Shown here: in pieces, positions 48,856 to 59,872 of the stretch
How the letters are laid out: each line of letters begins with the position of its first letter
Numbering within the stretch: position 1 is the stretch's first letter
Virus record (IMG/VR): IMGVR_UViG_3300035670_000105
Location: 1 to 64,000 of that record
DNA from: a virus
Length of the DNA: 64,000 bases
Reading direction: 5' to 3' (one strand)
The notes under the pieces: generated by a model
The model's input: the letters and a program-made list of their open reading frames with translations, nothing else
Database searches by the model: none
What the model was told of the DNA's origin: nothing
Program-made: the position numbers and the translations under genes

Positions 48856-49158
48856 TCAGGGACGGGCGTGACGCTCAGCTGTCACCCGTGGATCAAAGCG
48901 CTGCCACAAGGGGTCAAGATTCACGTTGCTCCAGTCCTCGCCAGTCAGCTCCTCCGCCAGTTGCCGCACACGGTTCTCCAACTCTGCACCACTGCATTCC
49001 CCCACCCATTGCGGGAAGTTCTGATCCAGATGCTGCAGCAGAAGTGGCGCAGCTCTCAAGACCTGCCGCTGGACAAGCTGCTTGACCACTGGCTTGATCA
49101 GCGCTTCCACAACACCCAGCGCTGCAAGAAACCAAATCGCATCAAGAATCAAACGCAT
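48856..49158 (-). CDS. Small membrane protein (holin-like?)
   Basis: N-terminal TM helix; adjacent to the endolysin. Confidence 0.5.
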   Translation of the reverse strand: MRLILDAIWFLAALGVVEALIKPVVKQLVQRQVLRAAPLLLQHLDQNFPQWVGECSGAELENRVRQLAEELTGEDWSNVNLDPLWQRFDPRVTAERHARP

Positions 49159-49168
49159 TGCAGTGCAC

Positions 49169-49606
49169 CTACCAGATCGACTCCAGCGCCCGCCAGTCCT
49201 TCTTGGTGAAGTCGTAGATGCCGTTCATTTGCGGCTGCATCAGGCTGTTGGCGCCAAGTGGCGCATGACCCAGGCCGAGCACGTGGCCCAACTCATGGCG
49301 GAACACCGTGGTGGAGAAGCTGCCGGTGCCGGGCATGCGAATCTCCCAGCCTTGCGAATCCCACACTGCACTACCGGAAGTGCCAGGTGCCAGCTCACCA
49401 TGATTGATGATCAGGTCGGCATCTTTGGGTTTGACGCGCTCGAACTTGATGCCCGTCAGGCGGTCGTCCACTTCGGCAATGATTTCGCGCATGAGATCGC
49501 GGTAGAGCGGCGTGTAGCTGCCCTTGGCGAAGCCATAGGTGAGCGTGTCGTTCTTGCCGAGAAACGACTGGGTGTGGTCTACCAGTTCGCGTTCAATGAG
49601 GCTCAT
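49169..49606 (-). CDS. Matrixin-like metzincin metalloprotease
   Basis: HELGHVLGLGH plus SLM Met-turn. Confidence 0.85.
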   Translation of the reverse strand: MSLIERELVDHTQSFLGKNDTLTYGFAKGSYTPLYRDLMREIIAEVDDRLTGIKFERVKPKDADLIINHGELAPGTSGSAVWDSQGWEIRMPGTGSFSTTVFRHELGHVLGLGHAPLGANSLMQPQMNGIYDFTKKDWRALESIW

Positions 49607-49727
49607 GGTTTGGCCTTGCGTTTGGGAGGTTTGACCGGCGGCTCAGGTTTGCCGGGTCGTTTGCTCATGCGCTCAGCAGCCTGCTGCTTGACCTTCGGAT
49701 GTTTCTTGGCAGCTCTGATGTAAGGAT

Positions 49728-50057
49728 TCATGCGAGCATCTCCTGCAGGGTTGCATCATCAGGTGCCTGAGTAGCACCACCAGCGAAGATCCGACTGGGA
49801 GAGTTCACCACCACCAGGTATTGATCCCAGGCCTCAGGTGCCAGATTCAGGGTATTGACGTGCCAACCGGTCAGAGCAGTCGGCGCGGTGATGACTTCAC
49901 CATCAGGGCCATACTCGCCGCCTTGGTAGATTGTGCCGATCTCGTCGATGGCATGCGTGTGGCTGCTGGTGATCAGGTTGCCGTCAGCGTCGATGAGGCC
50001 CTGCGCTGCCGCAAGAGTGCGGAACTGTTGGCGGGTGGGAAAGCGGAAACAGTACAT
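49728..50057 (-). CDS. Tail fibre-associated small protein
   Basis: IDEIGTIY...GWHVN...VNSPSRIFAG; directly downstream of a fibre gene. Confidence 0.6.
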   Translation of the reverse strand: MYCFRFPTRQQFRTLAAAQGLIDADGNLITSSHTHAIDEIGTIYQGGEYGPDGEVITAPTALTGWHVNTLNLAPEAWDQYLVVVNSPSRIFAGGATQAPDDATLQEMLA

Positions 50058-50059
50058 GG

Positions 50060-51934
50060 CTATTGGGTTATGGATTGCAGCGTGGAGTTGGGGAGGCGTT
50101 GAGGCCAATATGTCAAGCGGCGGATGGGGCCGTTGGTGAACGTGGCTATACCCAAGTAAGACCCAATCCGCAGCGTGGTGATTCCAGCTGTCATAGTTGA
50201 ACCGCCGGTATCGCTTCCAAAACTGCCGCCCGCAACATTGCTCGCAATGGCGGCATTATTGGACTGGTTGGCGGCGGCGAGCTTTAGGTTTATGGCTGGG
50301 TTTAATGGTACGCCTGCTGAAGCTGCTCCATCTTGAACGCCAGCCTTCCAAGAACTAAATCCTACGCCGCTACTAAAACGCGCCTCCCATCTGTCGTTCG
50401 GCACGCCATCGTCAAACATGAAGATGCGGCCACCGTTAACGACTGACGCAACATCAGCAAACACCGTCCCCTCATCCTGCCGATACCACGAACTGAAATT
50501 CGCTCCAGTAATCGACACCACATCAGCCGTGCGCGTCGCGGCGGTGCCGGTGGTGGGGATGTAACTGGACGGTGGACCGGAGCCGGCTTCTAGTTGGGCG
50601 CCCCAGAGGAACAGGCCGCTGGTGCCATCACCCAGATACGCAGTGACAGAATTGACTGAGGGAAATACGGATACGCGGATTGACGTAACACTGCCCCCCA
50701 CGCTGCCGGTAATGGAAGCTCTGTACCATCCATTAGATAGTGCAATAACTGCGCCTGACGAATAAGTGCCGGTGCCAAACGCTGCTGAACCGGACACACC
50801 AGAGGCAGAGGCATATGCAGCAAATCCACTAACTCCGTCAAAGGAGTCAACGTACAACTGCACCTGCGAACGCTCGGCAGGCTTGAAGAAGATAGAGAAT
50901 GTTACAGTTGCGGCTGCAGTAATTGTTAGACTACCTTGCACTAGCCGATGCGTGTTGTTAGATGTGTCTTCAACTAACTTGTCTGCAGTTGTTACACCAT
51001 CTGGTGACACTCCAGCATTAGCTGTAGCAGAGCATCTGGTTTTCGTCCAACTCGCATTATCAAACTCCTCACTCCTGAGCAGCAAATTCGTCCGCTGCTC
51101 CTCGGGCAGCAACCCCAGGCACTCGCCCGTGAGCGGGTTGTGGTCAAACCGTGGCGCTGAGTTGATGGTGCTGGTGGTGGGGATGTATGGCCCGACTGTG
51201 CTGGCTTGCTCTAGTTGGGCGCCCCAGAGCAGCAGGCCGCTGGTCCCGTCTCCTGTGTAGTTATTTGACACCGCATTGCGCACCATAATAAGTAACGATG
51301 CGGTGCCCGTTGTACTTGTTGCGCCGCTTTCGGTGACTACTATTCTCCACCATCCATTACCAGCGCTGAATACAGTGATAGACTGCCCGGCGACCGATCC
51401 CGCAGCTGAGCCAGTAAGTAGATCCACAGTCCATGAACCTTTTGCCGCAGCAGACCTGAACTCGATTCCTACTGTTGAACGCTCTCCTGCTTTTGCGTAG
51501 AAAGAGCCTGTATATGCTAGGCCTGCTGTGCAAGGCACCCCAGAGTTAAATACGCGATGCAGTCCCGTAGATGTATCTTCAACAATTTTGTCTGCTGTCT
51601 GCGTTCCGTTTGGCGCGGTCACTGCATCAGCTGTGGATCCACTGCCAAACGCTAGTATTCCATTTTTTGTCCAGTACGCATTATCAAACTCCTCACTTCT
51701 GAGCAGCAGATTCGTCGTCGCGCTGCGGATCACCCCATCGGAATCCACAAACGTCCCTGTAGACGCCCTGCTGAACGTGATCAGGTTCTGACCACTGACA
51801 GAATCGACGAGGGACTTGGATTCGGCAAAGCGCAGATCCAGCGACGGCACTGCACGCGCACGACGCCACAGCTCATTGCGAGCCCAGGCGCCCGGTAGCA
51901 ATGCACCTCGACGGCTGCTTAACGCCAGGCTCAC
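50060..51934 (-). CDS. Fibre/spike protein with duplicated carbohydrate-binding-like domains
   Basis: TNLLLRSEEFDNA.WTK...WGAQLE repeated twice; PSSYIPTTGTAATRTAD. Confidence 0.75.
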   Translation of the reverse strand: MSLALSSRRGALLPGAWARNELWRRARAVPSLDLRFAESKSLVDSVSGQNLITFSRASTGTFVDSDGVIRSATTNLLLRSEEFDNAYWTKNGILAFGSGSTADAVTAPNGTQTADKIVEDTSTGLHRVFNSGVPCTAGLAYTGSFYAKAGERSTVGIEFRSAAAKGSWTVDLLTGSAAGSVAGQSITVFSAGNGWWRIVVTESGATSTTGTASLLIMVRNAVSNNYTGDGTSGLLLWGAQLEQASTVGPYIPTTSTINSAPRFDHNPLTGECLGLLPEEQRTNLLLRSEEFDNASWTKTRCSATANAGVSPDGVTTADKLVEDTSNNTHRLVQGSLTITAAATVTFSIFFKPAERSQVQLYVDSFDGVSGFAAYASASGVSGSAAFGTGTYSSGAVIALSNGWYRASITGSVGGSVTSIRVSVFPSVNSVTAYLGDGTSGLFLWGAQLEAGSGPPSSYIPTTGTAATRTADVVSITGANFSSWYRQDEGTVFADVASVVNGGRIFMFDDGVPNDRWEARFSSGVGFSSWKAGVQDGAASAGVPLNPAINLKLAAANQSNNAAIASNVAGGSFGSDTGGSTMTAGITTLRIGSYLGIATFTNGPIRRLTYWPQRLPNSTLQSITQ

Positions 51935-53277
51935 AGTCCAGCCTCCAGCGCCAACACCCGCAGATCAAGCACCGTGCCGCTGGTGGGTGTGTATGCACCG
52001 CGAGTTTCCAGCTCGGCAAACAGTGACGTACTGTTCGCTGCCAACTTAACCAACGTGCCGCAGTAATCACACTGCGTCACCAGCGTGCTACCCAGATCCT
52101 GCGGTGTTGGCAGATCAATGAATCCGGCGTAGTTCGCCACTTCGCCACTCGTCAGATCAAAGGCCGCGTTATCCAGGATGGCCGTAGGGCTGGCGGTATA
52201 GAGATGCAAGCGGAAGCCCGCCATCCCGGCTGTTACGGCGCTCAGACCGATCATCAGCCGCACGCTTTGCACCAGCGCATAGCCGCCACTGGGGCCGATA
52301 TTGGGCAGCGTAATAACGGCTGAACCAGCGTTAGCTGGCGTGCCCGAGTCAGCGACGCCGATCACATCACCAGCGGTGTAGGCCGTGGTGTTACTCGGGC
52401 GGGTGATCGCCACCGCCGCCCGGTACGCCTTGCTGTCAACCGTCAGCGACTCGCCGTCATCGCCAATCGGAATCGCCGTGCTCTGATCACCTCGCAGGGC
52501 GACAACGGCATAGCGTGTGTTGCCCCTGGTCTGCACCGCCATACCACTTGCTCACGCTCACTGCCCAGAGGGTATGGATGCTCAGCTCTCCTCCACCCAG
52601 GCCTCATTCACCTCCGCCGTGGCTGGGTTGTCGCCGTGATACGTGCCATCGGCGTGGCGGGCCCGCTTGCGTGTCTTCACCGCAGGGCTGACCACAGGGC
52701 GGGAAGCACTGTCTTCCACAGCGGTAGCCACGGTGTCGGGATCCAGAGGCTCAGCCACCAGACCATCAGCAGCCACCGGCTGCTCAATCGCAGTGGGCTG
52801 TGTGTCATCGGCCGGACCCTCCACCGGGGCAGTGGGGCGCACCTCGCGGGCCTCGATCCGCAGCCGGCTCACTGCCACCTGCCGCTCACCCGCCGGCACC
52901 AGCAGCTGCACCGTCAATGGACCGCCATCCAGTGGGAGTGCTGGGATTCCAAAGCGATCCTCCCGCCAGCTGCCGCCTGGCGTGATGGTTTCCGCCAGCA
53001 GTTGGTGTTCGCCCTGGTGCACCACCACATTCAGCGGCGCCGGAGTGCCGGTGCCACTGACGCGCCCCTGGCACATCCGCTGACTGCGCACCACCAGCTC
53101 GCTCGCGCTCACCGGCAGTTGATCCTCCATCGCCAGCGCCAGGCTGGCGCCACCTTCATCCCGCAGCTCCGAGCACAGGTAGGTGGCGTCATCCAACATG
53201 CCGATGTCCTGGACATCGGCCACCTCGCCGCACCATCCATCTCGATGGATCACGGCCGCTGCCTGGATGATCAGCAT
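51931..53277 (-). CDS. Two virion-associated hypothetical genes (51931..52542, 52582..53277)
   Basis: Each preceded by TACCCT. Confidence 0.65.
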
Positions 53278-53313
53278 CGCCTGCCTGTCTGCACTGGGGC
53301 GAGGGTATGGACC

Positions 53314-54398
53314 TCAGCCCCGCTCCCGCTTTGTGAAGCGGCCATGCTCATCGCGGCCAGTGGCTGGCTCGTCCTCCTTGCGCAGCGCGGGGTTGTAGGT
53401 GTTGTACCCCAGCGCATAGGCGCCGCGGCCCGTCACGCCCAACCCCATCAAGGGCATCGCCGTGAAGTAGCAGGAATCCACAGCCTCACGGCTTTGCGTC
53501 TTGCTGGAGAAGCGGCAGTCCGCCAGGTACACCACGCCGAGAATGATGGCCAGGTTGCTGGCGACGGTGAGCAGCTTGCCTGCGCCGCCCATCGCCGCCA
53601 AGGCCGTGGTCAGTTTCACGCCATCTCCAGCAGTTGCCTGTGAGGGTATGAACGGCGTCAGCGGGCGTTCTGCGATCCGACGCCGCCACCCCTGAGCTTC
53701 ATCCACAGCCGGCGCAGCGGGCCTGGATGGATGATCCTCCGGCGCATGATCACGGCGATCTCCTCGTAGAGATCCTCCAGGAGCTTGCAGTGGGGCTCGG
53801 CGCTCACCGGCGGCTGCCGCCGTTCGCCCTGGTCGTATTGCAGCGAGAGGATACCGATCGGCAGGTTGCCCACCCGCACCAGGCGGTTATACATCCGGCC
53901 GATGTTGTTCTTGTTGAGGTGGTCCCGGCAGGGCGCCGGCAGGCTCTCCCGGTACTCCGTGACGCTCCAGCACTCACCAGCTGGATCCAGCATCGTCTCC
54001 AGCTCCACCATGATCCGCCCGACGGGCAGATCGCGGATCGGCACTGTCATCGGCAGTCGCCCCGGGGCCGTGTAGCTGTTGATCGTCGAGAGCTTGGTGA
54101 GGTGATAGCCGCAGCTGTCGATGGCGCCGTTGTGAAAGGCCGCCAGCACCACCCGGCTGGCATTGGTGATCACGCCAACCTGTGCCAGCAGGTTGTTGAG
54201 CATCCGCTCTTCCTCGATCGGGGCGAACACGCCATCAAGCCGTGACACCACCTTGCTCTTGAACAGCCGATCCCATGCCAGCCAGCTCAAGGCCAGCAAG
54301 GCGATCAGCCCATCACCTGTCAGTGTCACGCTTAACCCGCCTTGCTCCTTGGCGGGTTGCGGCGGCGGCGCAACCTGCGCCTGCGTCGGACCCACCAT
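53314..54398 (-). CDS. Two membrane proteins (53314..53619 with two TM helices; 53658..54398 TM + GAF-like), candidate holin/antiholin
   Basis: Hydrophobic helices; SRVVLAAFHNG...IGILSLQY GAF-like pattern; TACCCT upstream of each. Confidence 0.55.
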
Positions 54399-54468
54399 GG
54401 CTACTCAGGTTCCCAGCTCTACGGCAGAGGGTATGGAGCGCTTCGACTGGACCGACTGCCTGCGGCCC

Positions 54469-55073
54469 TTACCCCACCTCGGCTTCCACGGTCTCGGCGG
54501 GCAACTCCTCGGCACTGGCTTCAGGCTTGATCAGCTCCACCTGCTGCAGGAATTGGCTGAGCTGGGAGGTGGCAAATTGCTGAAGCAGTCCATTGCCAGA
54601 GGCACGGGCGGCGGCGTAGCTCTCGATCAGCGCGGCGAGTTGCTCCTTCATACCTGAGGAGGGGTGAGAGTGTAGATCGAATCCAGATTACTGAGTTCAA
54701 GGACAGTTTGAAGTTCAGTCAGTTGCTCAGCGCTGAAAGTGCCGGCCTGCAGGATGGCCAGCATTGACTGTTGGATCGCTGCTTCATACGGCCGCCCGGC
54801 TTTGGCGTCACCCAACAAGGCAATGAACTCGGTGCCGAGGGTGTTCATCGGCAGGCTGACCATCGATTGCTCGCGGATGGCGGCATAGAGGCTGCTGGCC
54901 ATCAGGCCCTCCCAGAAGGCGAAGTAGTCGGGCGCCGGGGGTGGATCGCTGGCAGGGATGCCAGGGTTCTCCGCCTCAGCCCGTTCGGCATCGGTGAGCG
55001 GGAAGTCATCGGGATGCCCGATCTGGCCGTCGTATTCGATGGTGCCGTTCGGGAAGATGTTCTGGAGGGTCAT
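54469..55073 (-). CDS. Two small tail-fibre-associated genes (54469..54651, 54648..55073)
   Basis: Coupled downstream of the large fibre gene. Confidence 0.55.
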
Positions 55074-55075
55074 GA

Positions 55076-58000
55076 TCAGGCGATGCGATAGGTGATGAAG
55101 GTGTTGGCGGCAGTCTTGCGGGTCAGGAAGCGACCGCTGCTGTTGGCAGCAACGACCATGTTGCCGACGACTGTGTGCCCGGTGTTCTGCACCACCGTGA
55201 TGGCGTGAGTGGCAGCTGCGAGGTTGACGACACTCCATTCAAACGACTGTTCTGTCTGCAGCTCCTGGAAGGCCGCATCCATGTTGGTGCCAGTGGGCAG
55301 GGTGTAGTTAATGGCTGCCGCTGGTGTACCGGTGCGCAGTCCATCCAGCATGGATGCTGCGGTGATCGTGACACTGGTGTTTGATGCGGCAGCAGCAGTG
55401 TTGTATGTGACGGTAGTGCCGCTGCGAACATCCCCGGCGAAGTAATTCGGGGCGGTGCCAGCGGCGTAGAAGTTCCAGCGGCCTGTGGTTGAACTGAGAT
55501 TGCCGTAGAAGCCGTAGTTGTCGGTTGCTTGCGTGAGGTTGGCGTTCGCATGAAAGCCGATCTGAGTCGTGATTGTCGATCCGGCGCCCTTGGTTTGACC
55601 GGTTGCATGGAAGTGCTGGAGGCTTGGAAGTGTGAATGTTGCAGCGGCGGTAGTTAGTTGGGTGACGTAGCCATAGGCGGCGGCTGTTACATCGCTTTGA
55701 ACCGTAGATACAGTGAAATTGGCATAAGAAGTAGTGCCACCCGTGATTGCCCCTTGGTTGTAAAGCGTGACAGTTGCAGCGCCCCCACCTCCAATCGCAA
55801 CATTGCCATCCCCACGGACGCGAATCCGCTCGGTGCCGGCAGTGCTGATTCCGATGGTGTCCCCCGCAGGGCGGAAGAACCCAGTGTTCTCATCGCCGTC
55901 CCAGGTAAAGCCAGGAGCGCCAGCCGTGTCGGCGCCGATGCCTTGGATTTGGCCATTGAACCGAGCGCTTCCGGCGACATACAGAAGATCGCCGGTATCA
56001 CTGGTGCTGCCAATTCCCACGCGCCCAGCAAAGTAGTTGGGGGCATCGCCATCCATGTAGGTGTTCCAGCAACCCGCATTCGCCGGCAAGGTCGCCCTGA
56101 AGGCGTAGTTGCTGACGCCACCAACCATCGTGGAGTCAACCCTGAAGCCATGCTGGCCAGTAACTACTGAGCCAGCTCCAAACGTTGTTTGCGACGCTCG
56201 GTAGTGGTCGAGGTTGACCACCGTAAAAGCTGCTGCCGCCGTGCCGAGCAATGTTCGGTAGCCATAAGCCGTGGCTGTTACATCGCTCTGAACTGTTGCA
56301 GTGGTGTAGTTGGCGTAAGCTGTTGTTGCGCCTGTAATTGGCCCCTGATTGCGGAAGGTTGAATCGGCGCCGCCACTGCCCCCAATCGCAACATTCCCAT
56401 CACTGCGGATCCGCATCCGCTCAACAGCGGTGCCGCTGCCTGCAGGGGTGGTGCTGAAGATCAGGCGACCGGGCATGACACCCGCACTCGGGGTGCCATC
56501 CACTTGACAGGTAATCTCGCCGGCCTTGATGAAGTTTGTGCCATCAGAGCCGACCCAATCGTGGACACCCAAACCAAAACCATTGGTGACAATCAAATGG
56601 GTGCCGATTGTCGTGCTTGCGCTTGCGGCTTGGCGCCAGACAGGTGTTGTACCGAAATGAGCCTGCGTGCTGATCCTGCCGTTATTGGCACCACCAGCTT
56701 GTATTTGGAATATCCCAACGGAGCCAGCCCCATCATTCAGTATGGTGCTACCACCAACAATCAGGCGTGCATTCGTGAAAATACCTCCGCTGCTTAGCGT
56801 GAGTCTCTCCGTGCCACCCGTCGCAATTCCAACCGTGTTCGCCGCTGGCAGGTAGAGCCCGTTAGCCGGAACCGTGGCACTGGTGGGGATGAAGCTGCCG
56901 GATGTAAATGTTCCTCCTGCCGTGATGTTGCCATCACTACCAATCCGCATCCGCTCCGTGAGCGTGTTCCCCGCACCACTCCCCGTCGTCCAGAAGGTCA
57001 GCGCCTGATCGGCACCAGTGGTATCCGCCACGGTGTTGGCGATCTTGGAGCGCACCATTGCTCCAGGGCCGTTGGCATCAGCGGAGAAGAACTCCAGCGC
57101 CGAGCTGTCGGTGTTGGCGGTGAAGGCGCCGCTGTAAGTGTCTCGCAGGCGGATGACGGGGCCTACGGTTGTTGAGGTCCCGGCCTTGGCAACTTCAAGG
57201 CTGACGCCTGGCGTCGTGATGCCGATGCCGACATTGCCGGCGAAGTAGTTATCGGCTGTACCATTGGCGTAGAAGTTCCAACGACCAGCGGCTGAGGCCA
57301 GGTTGCTGTAGAAGCCGAAGTTGTTGGTGGCGTCTGTCAGGGTAGAAGCCGCTACAAAACCATACTGATTAGTTATGGTTGAGCCGGCGCCTTTTGTAGT
57401 TGCGTTTGCAGAGAAGTGATGAATGTTTACAACGGTAAAAGCTGCTGCTGCAGTCGTGAGGCTAGTCGAGTAACCAAGCGCGGTTCCGGTTACATCGCTC
57501 TGCACGGAGCTGGCTGTCAGATTTGCGTATGCACTCGTCCCCCCTGAGATAGTTGTTTGGTTGTAAAGCCCCACGATGGCAGATCCCGTGCCTCCAATCC
57601 CGATATTCCCGTCACTGCGGATCCGCATCCGCTCCAATGGGCCATTGGCACCTTCCGGGGTAGTCCTGAAGCGAAGATCACCCGGCATTGCTGTGCCGGA
57701 AACCGTGCCAGCACAGAACCCTTGAATATCAGCAGCGCGAGTGAAGATCGTCCCGTTGGAGCCCTGGAACTGAAAAGAGCCAAGCAGGGTGCCGCTTATG
57801 ACAGCCGTGTGTGCGCCAATCGTATCAGAATTGCTTTTTGCAACGACGAATGCCGGAGCAACGGTTGTCAGGAATCCGTTGTAGAAACCGATTGCAGTGT
57901 TATGTGTAAAACCGCCAAAAGTTCCCGCCATTGTCCATCCGGCGGCTATATTGCCAAGATCATTATCCGACCTGCTGATATTAATTACTGACGCCGAGTT

Positions 58001-59365
58001 GAGCCTTGCTGTGCCAATTGAATCAACAAACAGTCGGCCCACGCCACCCGTCGCAATCCCAACCGTGTTCGCCGCCGGCAGGTAGAGCCCGTTGGTCGGA
58101 ACCGTGGCGCTGGTAGGGATCAGGCTGGCGCCTGTGATCGTCCCCGTGGTGCTGACCGCCTGGCTGCCGAAATCAGGGCTGATCTTGGTGCCAGCGATGG
58201 CAGCCGTATCGCTGACATCGGCATTGACGATGGAGCCAGCAGCAATCGCAGTGGCGAAGCTGATGTTGCCGCTGCCGGTCCAGCTACCGGATACACCAGT
58301 CACGTCCCCGGTGAGTGTGATCGTGCGGCCGGTGGCCCAGGCTGATGCCGTGGCGGCGTTGCCCGTGACAGAGATGCCCCAGGTGCCGGAGGCGTTCGTT
58401 CCCGTCGTGCTCGGGGCGCCCACCGTGTTGTAGCTGACGGTCAGAGCCGAGCCGCCATTGAAGGTGGAGCCGGAGGCGCCGCCAGAGCCAGCGCTGTTAA
58501 AGGTGAGGCCGTTGCCGGTGTTGGCGGTGATCGTGATATTGGCGCTGCCGTTGAAGCTGACGCCATTGATGTTGCGGGGCGTTTGCAGAGTGGTCGCTGT
58601 GCTCGCGTTACCGCTCAATGCGGCGGTGATTGTACCGGCCGAAAAATTGCCCGAGGCGTCGCGGGCCACGATTGCTGATGCCGTGTTGCTGCTGGCAGCG
58701 GTGGTGGCGCTGTTGGCCACCTTGCCGGCGGTGCTGATCGTCGCCAGCTTGCTGTCGGTAATCCCCGCAGTGGCATTGATGTCGTCGTTGACGATGGCGC
58801 CGGGGGCGATCATCGCCGATGTCACCGTGCCGCTGTCAGCACTGGTGATGATGGTGCCGCTGCGGTCAGGGGCGATGAGCTGGCGGTTGCCGCTCAGCGC
58901 ATCCGGCCGCAGCGTCACCCGATAGCTGCTGCTCCCACCAGCGCGGCCGGCGATGATGATTCCATCCTCAGCAGCGGTGTCGGTGCCAAAGATCTGACCG
59001 CTGCTATCCAGGAAGCTGTTGGCGCCTGTGAAGACGTTGTTGGCGCCGCTGCTGACATCGCCGAGGGTGGTGATGCTGTCAAGCTTGGTCTTGTCCGCTG
59101 CGCTCATCACCCCCGCCAGGGATGTCGTGGCGACAGGAAGCACCGCGTCATTCCCTGTGGCACCGACCGTGACCGTGGTGCCATTGCGGCTGACGGTCAG
59201 ATCAACACGCTTGTAGGGCAGGTCGCTCCATGCCGTGACACCATCGCCAACCTTCTGCAGCGTGGTGTCGCTTTCTGTTCCGATTTCACCGGCGCCCAGG
59301 ATGGGATTGACGCTGCTCCAGTTGGCAGCGGTGTCAGTGCGCGGCAGGATCTGCCTGACTTCCAC
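55076..59365 (-). CDS. Long tail fibre (1429 aa)
   Basis: N-terminal RTDTAANWSSVNPILGAGEIG.E.DT...KVGDG hyaluronidase-like/tropism domain; repeated ERMRI.SDGN and GLYLPAANTVGIATGG modules. Confidence 0.85.
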   Translation of the reverse strand: MEVRQILPRTDTAANWSSVNPILGAGEIGTESDTTLQKVGDGVTAWSDLPYKRVDLTVSRNGTTVTVGATGNDAVLPVATTSLAGVMSAADKTKLDSITTLGDVSSGANNVFTGANSFLDSSGQIFGTDTAAEDGIIIAGRAGGSSSYRVTLRPDALSGNRQLIAPDRSGTIITSADSGTVTSAMIAPGAIVNDDINATAGITDSKLATISTAGKVANSATTAASSNTASAIVARDASGNFSAGTITAALSGNASTATTLQTPRNINGVSFNGSANITITANTGNGLTFNSAGSGGASGSTFNGGSALTVSYNTVGAPSTTGTNASGTWGISVTGNAATASAWATGRTITLTGDVTGVSGSWTGSGNISFATAIAAGSIVNADVSDTAAIAGTKISPDFGSQAVSTTGTITGASLIPTSATVPTNGLYLPAANTVGIATGGVGRLFVDSIGTARLNSASVINISRSDNDLGNIAAGWTMAGTFGGFTHNTAIGFYNGFLTTVAPAFVVAKSNSDTIGAHTAVISGTLLGSFQFQGSNGTIFTRAADIQGFCAGTVSGTAMPGDLRFRTTPEGANGPLERMRIRSDGNIGIGGTGSAIVGLYNQTTISGGTSAYANLTASSVQSDVTGTALGYSTSLTTAAAAFTVVNIHHFSANATTKGAGSTITNQYGFVAASTLTDATNNFGFYSNLASAAGRWNFYANGTADNYFAGNVGIGITTPGVSLEVAKAGTSTTVGPVIRLRDTYSGAFTANTDSSALEFFSADANGPGAMVRSKIANTVADTTGADQALTFWTTGSGAGNTLTERMRIGSDGNITAGGTFTSGSFIPTSATVPANGLYLPAANTVGIATGGTERLTLSSGGIFTNARLIVGGSTILNDGAGSVGIFQIQAGGANNGRISTQAHFGTTPVWRQAASASTTIGTHLIVTNGFGLGVHDWVGSDGTNFIKAGEITCQVDGTPSAGVMPGRLIFSTTPAGSGTAVERMRIRSDGNVAIGGSGGADSTFRNQGPITGATTAYANYTTATVQSDVTATAYGYRTLLGTAAAAFTVVNLDHYRASQTTFGAGSVVTGQHGFRVDSTMVGGVSNYAFRATLPANAGCWNTYMDGDAPNYFAGRVGIGSTSDTGDLLYVAGSARFNGQIQGIGADTAGAPGFTWDGDENTGFFRPAGDTIGISTAGTERIRVRGDGNVAIGGGGAATVTLYNQGAITGGTTSYANFTVSTVQSDVTAAAYGYVTQLTTAAATFTLPSLQHFHATGQTKGAGSTITTQIGFHANANLTQATDNYGFYGNLSSTTGRWNFYAAGTAPNYFAGDVRSGTTVTYNTAAAASNTSVTITAASMLDGLRTGTPAAAINYTLPTGTNMDAAFQELQTEQSFEWSVVNLAAATHAITVVQNTGHTVVGNMVVAANSSGRFLTRKTAANTFITYRIA

Positions 59366-59404
59366 TTCGGCGCGTCTTCGTCTGAAGGGAGGGTATGGAG
59401 CGGC

Positions 59405-59872
59405 TCAGGCCACCAAAGTGGCAATGCCGCGCAACAGCACCATCCGCTTCTCCGATGGATTGATCTGCAGCAGATCCCAGTGGGTGACATCCGGCAGCAA
59501 GCCGATCCAGGCGGCGCCGCCACTGAGCGGTTCACTGGAGAACACCGTGGCTGCGCTGCCGCCGCTCAGTGGCGGCGGATCGCCGGTTTCGTCCGCGTTC
59601 CCGCCACTGATGGGCTCATCACTGGTGAGGATGCCGCGAGCAACGGCCGATGTGAGCTGCAGCGTCAACCCACCATTGCCGCCATCCACCACCGGCACCT
59701 CCAGATCGAGGTAGTGGGTGGAGCGATCCAGCGCCCACAGCTGGGCCAGGTAGCGATACCCCTGCAGCATGACCGCTGCTGAGCCACCATGACAGCGCAG
59801 CTGGATGTCCTGCAGGAAGCCGCTGTCCCTGGAGATCGGCAGGTCAAAGGTGGCTGGCGATGGTGTCGTCAT
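59405..59872 (-). CDS. Tail/baseplate accessory protein
   Basis: Similar in pattern to the C-terminal part of 63308..64000 (AQLW..DRS..Y; WDL...LLRG). Confidence 0.55.
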   Translation of the reverse strand: MTTPSPATFDLPISRDSGFLQDIQLRCHGGSAAVMLQGYRYLAQLWALDRSTHYLDLEVPVVDGGNGGLTLQLTSAVARGILTSDEPISGGNADETGDPPPLSGGSAATVFSSEPLSGGAAWIGLLPDVTHWDLLQINPSEKRMVLLRGIATLVA